DNA from: an uncultured Chloroflexia bacterium
GTDB lineage: Bacteria; Chloroflexota; Anaerolineae; CG2-30-64-16
Direction of reading: 5' to 3'
DNA length: 64,000 nt
Assembly (NCBI GenBank): GCA_963774265.1
Contig: CAVZDU010000002.1
Coordinates: 96,001-160,000 of the forward strand
Both the position numbers and the translations under genes were made by a program. The notes below the pieces were generated by a model. It was given only the letters and a program-made list of their open reading frames with translations. It ran no database searches and had not been told where the DNA came from. This document shows positions 59,167 through 64,000 of the stretch, piece after piece (position 1 is the stretch's first letter; the number at the start of each line of letters is the position of its first letter).

Positions 59167-61813
59167 ATGGCAAACGACAATCCCATAACCGAGCAGGCCA
59201 ACCCAGGCTCGAATGACCGCTCCGACTCCGCGCAAGCGACAGATGACGCAACACCCGAGGAGCGCGTGCCCCGGACTCAACGCGCCGATATTACGGCCCC
59301 AGATCCATCCCACGCGGAGCGTGCACAATCTGGCGCCTCGGCGAACCGACCTGTCCAGGGTGCACCCCGCAACGATGCTGCGCGCCAGCCAAAGACGCCG
59401 TCAATTGCGAAGCCCGCGACCCCGGCACGGCCCGGCGTCAACTCCGGCGGACAGCGGTCCAGTCAGCCCGCCGGAGGCGCTAGCGGTGAGCAGCAGGGCG
59501 ATGCCAATGAGGTATTCAATCAGCGCGTGTTCGATCCGACCTCCGAGGATACGGTCGTGCCACGCGGGCGTCCATCCCCAGGCGCCGGCGGTCGACCCAT
59601 GGCCGGTGGACCACGACCGGGAGAGCGAAGTGGCGGGCAGCGTCCCGCGGGTTCCGGTGGTTTCGGCGGCTCCTCCCAGGGACGCGGACCGGCGCAGGGC
59701 CGGCCCGGGGGCGGCGGCCCAGATCGACCGCAGGGAGCGTTTGGTCCAACAGGGCGGCCTGGCGGCCAGTCGGGCCAACGAAGTCCTGTGGGTGGCACGG
59801 GACCAACAGAGCAACGCCGCCCCAACAGTGGAGGCGGCGCGCCCTCTCAAGGCGGTTTTCAAGGCAAGTCCGGTGCGAGCGGGCAGAAAAGGACTCAGTC
59901 CACAGGACGGCCTGGCGGCCAATCTGGGGGACGCTCGCGGACAGCGGGCGGCTCGCGCAGTGCGGGCACGGATCGGTTGGCGCCACCGCCACTGACCAGC
60001 GCCGCGCGGCCGTCCGCAACTGGCACAGCCGCCGCGGTGACCGAAATCATCATCCCGGAGATGATCACGGTGCGCGACCTGGCTGATAAGATGCACAAAA
60101 GCCCGATCGAGATCATCAAAACCCTGATGAACTACGGCATGATGATTCCGATCACCGAGTCGATCGATTTCGACACGGCAGCGCTCATCGGCGAAGAATT
60201 GGGGATCACGGTCAATCCTGAGCGTGCCCCCGAGCCTGAGATCGTTGCGGAGCCGGTAGAGGCACCTAAGACGCTGCGACAGCGCATCATGGCCCAACAA
60301 AAGGGCGAAGACCTCGAGATCCGGCCACCGGTTGTGGTCGTGCTCGGTCACGTGGACCACGGCAAGACGACCTTGTTGGATGCGATCCGCGAGGCACGCG
60401 TCGTGGAAGGCGAAGCCGGGGGCATCACCCAGCACATCGGCGCGTACCAGGTTGAGATCAACGGCCGGAAGATCACTTTCCTCGACACGCCCGGCCATGA
60501 AGCCTTCACTGCCATGCGCGCCCGCGGCGCCATGGTCACCGATATTGCCATCCTGGTGGTTGCGGCTGACGACGGCGTGATGCCCCAGACCAAGGAGGCC
60601 ATCGCGCACGTGAAGGCGGCGCAGGTGCCCATCATTGTGGCCATGAACAAGGTGGATAAGGCCCAGGCGAACCCTGACCGCGTCAAGCAGGAGTTGGCTG
60701 ACAACGGCGTGCTCATTGAGGAGTACGGCGGTGACGTGATGTGTGTGCCCGTATCGGCAAAGTTCCGCCGGGGCATCGGCGATTTACTGGAAAGCATCCT
60801 CCTGGCCGCAGATATCGACCCGCAAATGGCGAACCCGAAGGGCGACTGCGTCGGCACAGTAATCGAAAGCCGGTTGGATAAAACGCGCGGCCCGATGGCC
60901 ACGTTGCTGGTTCAGAATGGCACTTTGCACGTTACCGACAGTATCGTAAGCGGCGAAACTTACGCGAAAAATCCGCGCCATGTACGATGACACTGGTGAG
61001 CCGATCACCGAAGCCAGCCCGTCGAAGCCCGTTCAGATCCTGGGCTTCTCGGACGTGCCCGTAGCGGGTGAAACCTTCAAGGTTGTGGCGGACGACCGCA
61101 CGGCGCGCGGCCTGGCATCCGAACGGGTGGATGCCAAACGAGCGGCGGCCGGTCCGGCGCCTGTTCGCACGCTTGAAAGCATCTTCGCTGCGGCCGAAGC
61201 CGGCCAGGTGAAGGAGCTCAACCTGATCCTGAAAGCCGACGTGCAGGGGTCCATCGAGCCGATCGTCAACTCGTTGGATAAACTAAGCACCGATAAGCTC
61301 AAGGTAAAGATCCTGCACCAAGGGACGGGCAATATCACTGAATCAGACGTGATGCTGGCCATCGCGTCACACGCCATCATCTTGGGCTTCTCTGTGACCG
61401 CCGACAATGCGGCGCAGCGCATGGCTGAGGCTGACGGGATCGACATCCGAATCTACAACATCATCTACAACATCATTGAGGATGTGCAGAAGGCACTCAC
61501 CGGCCTGCTCGAGCCGGTCTACAAAGAAGTGGTGACCGGTCATGCTGAAATTCGCGCGGTTTTCAAAGTCTCTAAGGTAGGCACGGTGGCCGGATGTTAC
61601 ATCACGGATGGTGAAATCTTCCGCAACGCACCGGTACGTGTGAAACGGGGCGGTGAGATCGTCGCAGAGGATAAGATCGCTGCATTGAAACGATTCCAGG
61701 AGGACGTCGCCGAAGTCAAAACAGGCTTTGAGTGCGGCATCCATCTCCACAACTACCACAACTTCGAGGTGGGCGACATCCTGGAGAGCTACAAGAAGGA
61801 ACGGGTGCTCTAA
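59167..61813 (+). CDS. infB: Translation initiation factor IF-2 (frameshift at the A-run near 60970)
   Basis: [34 protein letters not shown]; joins (+1) to KIRAMYDD...GFECGI. Confidence 0.97.
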
Positions 61814-62220
61814 TGACGTCTCGCCGGCAAGAGCGTGTTGCCGAGGTGTTACTTGAGGAACTGGGTCTCCTCATTTCAAGCGAACTGACCGATCCACGGC
61901 TCGAGGACGCCATGGTGACGGTCACGGACGTGCAGGTGTCGCCGGATCTAGGCAACGTGCGGGTTTATGTCCAACATGCGTTGCCCGATGCGCAGTCGCG
62001 TCATGTGTTGAGCGCACTTCAGCACTCTGCGTCCTTTTTGCGGCACGCATTGGTGGAGAACCTCCACCTGCGCGTCGTGCCTGAGTTGCATTTCTCTGTG
62101 GATACAACGGAGAGGCGAGCGCAGCACATCGACGAAATTCTGGATCAGATCGCTGCGGAACGCGGGAGCACGGCACCTGAGGGCGGGGAACGCGAGGAGG
62201 CTTCGCACGAGACGCGGTAA
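61813..62220 (+). CDS. rbfA: Ribosome-binding factor A
   Basis: RRQERVAE, DPRL, VTVTDVQVSPDL, LRVVPELHF. Confidence 0.93.
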   Translation: MTSRRQERVAEVLLEELGLLISSELTDPRLEDAMVTVTDVQVSPDLGNVRVYVQHALPDAQSRHVLSALQHSASFLRHALVENLHLRVVPELHFSVDTTERRAQHIDEILDQIAAERGSTAPEGGEREEASHETR

Positions 62221-62224
62221 CACG

Positions 62225-63234
62225 GTGACGCGCGGACAGCAGGGCCACGCCGCCAGAGGCGCGACGCCTGGTGATCTTGTTGGACCCATCCTTGGGGCCA
62301 ATTGGATCCTGGCGATTTGCCATGTCAATCCTGATGGCGATGCAATAGGTGCGCTGCTTGGGCTGGGGTATGTTTTGGATGCTCTGCCTGGGCAGCGCGA
62401 GATCGTGCTCGCGTGCCAAGATGCGATACCGGAGGCGCTCCGTTTTCTCCCGGGGGCGGAGCGCGTTGTGACCGACCTGCCCTCGGCCTTCCGGCCTGAC
62501 GTTGTCATTTCGCTGGATGCGAGTGATCCCGCCAGACTGGGGAAGATCTTCGCTGATCTGCCGTTCACCCCGACCCTTCTTGTTGTTATTGACCACCACG
62601 TCACCAATCTCAATTTCGGCGACCTCAATTATGTGGCGCCGGAAGTGGCTTCGACCTCCCAATTGATCGTCCGCCTTGCGGATGCGCTGGGTGTCGCCCT
62701 GCCCCCGGCCGCGGCGACTCCGTTGCTCGTGGGCCTGGTCACGGATACGCTAGGGTTTCGCACGAGCAATGTCACGGCAGCCGAATTGCAGTGTGCGGAA
62801 CGGCTGATGGAGGCAGGGGCCGATCTGGCTGACATCAGCCAGCGCACACTGGCGACCCGGCCGTTGAAGTTCATGCGGCTGTGGGGGGTGGCGTTCGGCG
62901 GAGCGCGAGGCTGGATGGCGCGGTGCTGTGGGCAGAGGTGACGAAGGAGATGCGGCTGGCGGCGGGGATTGAGGACGACGACGATGGTGGACTGGTGAGC
63001 CAACTCATCCCTGCGGCCGAGGCTCGCGTAGCAGCGGTCTTCAACGAACTGTCTGACGGTCGGATCGAGGTGGACTTCCGCGCCCGGCCCGGGTACGATG
63101 TGGCCGCGGTGGCGTTGAGCCTGGGGGGAGGCGGGCATCCTCAGGCGTCTGGTTGTACGATGCCTGGACCGATGACTGATGTGCGGGCGCGCGTGCTTCC
63201 GCTGCTGCAAAGGGCCAGCAGGGGCGTACGCTGA
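62225..63234 (+). CDS. nrnA: DHH/DHHA1 phosphoesterase (NrnA-like), frameshift near 62905
   Basis: HVNPDGDAIG, VIDHH, TDTLGFR, then GGGGHPQASG in the shifted frame. Confidence 0.88.
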
Positions 63235-63244
63235 AGATTCATAG

Positions 63245-64000
63245 ATGGATACGAGCGTGGATGGCATCCTAAATATCGACAAACCGCAAGGCTGGACTTC
63301 ACACGATGTGGTAGCCTGGATTCGGAGCGTGTTGAAGATCAAGCGCGTAGGACATGCGGGGACGCTGGATCCGCTGGCCACCGGTGTACTGTTGGTGTGT
63401 GTCGGCCAAGCAACGCGCGTAAGCGAATACCTCATGGCGTCGGATAAGGTGTATCAGGCGAAAATCCAACTCGGTACGACGACCGATACGTATGATGTGG
63501 ATGGTGAGGTTGTGGCAACGCACCCGCTACCCCAAGGACTGGAACAGGGTGATCTGGAGACGGTTCTGGAAGGATTCGTCGGCGACATTATGCAGGCGCC
63601 CCCCGCGTACTCAGCCATCAAACAGGACGGCGTGGCGCTCCACCGTCGGGTGCGACGAGGGGAAGATGTGCGACCGACCACGCGGCCGGTAAGAATCCAC
63701 AGCATCGAGTTGATTGACTGGTCGTCGCCTTATCTTTCTGTGGCTGTCACCTGCGATCCGGGCACTTATATCCGCAGTCTCGCCCACGACCTGGGGCAGC
63801 AACTCGGATGTGGTGGAACGTTGGCCGGGCTGCGCCGGACCCGTAGTGGGCGCTTCCTGGCGGAAGACGCATTGAGCCCGCAGGGCGTGGCCGAGGCAAC
63901 CCGCGCCGGGGAGCTCAGCCGGCATCTGCATCCCATCAGTATGGCGCTGTCTCGACTGACGCCTGTCTCGGTCGGGGACGATGAAATTCGCAGGCTTCGC
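63245..64000 (+). CDS. truB: tRNA pseudouridine(55) synthase, runs off the window
   Basis: GILNIDKPQGWTSHDVV, VGHAGTLDPLATGVL, PPAYSAIK, GTYIRSLAHDLG; open to the window end. Confidence 0.96.
   Translation, partial: MDTSVDGILNIDKPQGWTSHDVVAWIRSVLKIKRVGHAGTLDPLATGVLLVCVGQATRVSEYLMASDKVYQAKIQLGTTTDTYDVDGEVVATHPLPQGLEQGDLETVLEGFVGDIMQAPPAYSAIKQDGVALHRRVRRGEDVRPTTRPVRIHSIELIDWSSPYLSVAVTCDPGTYIRSLAHDLGQQLGCGGTLAGLRRTRSGRFLAEDALSPQGVAEATRAGELSRHLHPISMALSRLTPVSVGDDEIRRLR

Noticed and set aside
59401-60609. Long antisense ORFs (e.g. 402 aa opposite infB) and alternative-frame ORFs (e.g. 387 aa inside the ABC gene)
   Set aside because: Typical high-GC shadow ORFs overlapping well-supported genes, with no recognisable motifs.
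56950-60980. Programmed frameshifting or pseudogenisation of nusA and infB
   Set aside because: Essential genes, no shared slippery-site architecture, and the same error pattern occurs throughout the window.

Overview
GC-rich bacterial chromosome segment. The gene repertoire (FG-GAP/CHAT/STAND-TPR proteins, DUF5666 proteins, xWLPLI-type motifs) suggests Chloroflexota (Anaerolineae/Caldilineae-like); this is inference. The assembly appears error-prone, because essential genes (nusA, infB) and several others carry single-base frameshifts. The left ~3 kb is the decayed end of a mobile/defence island: DNA methyltransferase, serine recombinase with its catalytic Ser replaced by Phe, a tyrosine-recombinase tail, and a nonsense-inactivated restriction endonuclease. 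The island ends at a selenocysteine tRNA locus that is split into two pieces on opposite strands. The pieces share a 24-bp inverted repeat, so inverting the 140 bp between them would rebuild a complete tRNA-Sec. Tandem NrdR-like boxes abut this locus. A structured leader/attenuator-like RNA motif occurs twice (2496-2616, 4157-4273). The rest of the window holds glycoside hydrolase-like genes, an ABC exporter, a STAND-TPR protein convergent with a ~2,000-aa FG-GAP/zinc-metalloprotease protein carrying (ASGRPGLG)7 repeats, a radical SAM pair, a FucI/G1PDH/SrlD sugar cluster, copper chaperones, a membrane CHAT protease, a HipA-like kinase/DUF3037 pair, an intact IS with a 9-bp target duplication, an ECF sigma/anti-sigma locus, fhs, tgt, uppP and the nusA-ylxR-infB-rbfA-nrnA-truB operon.
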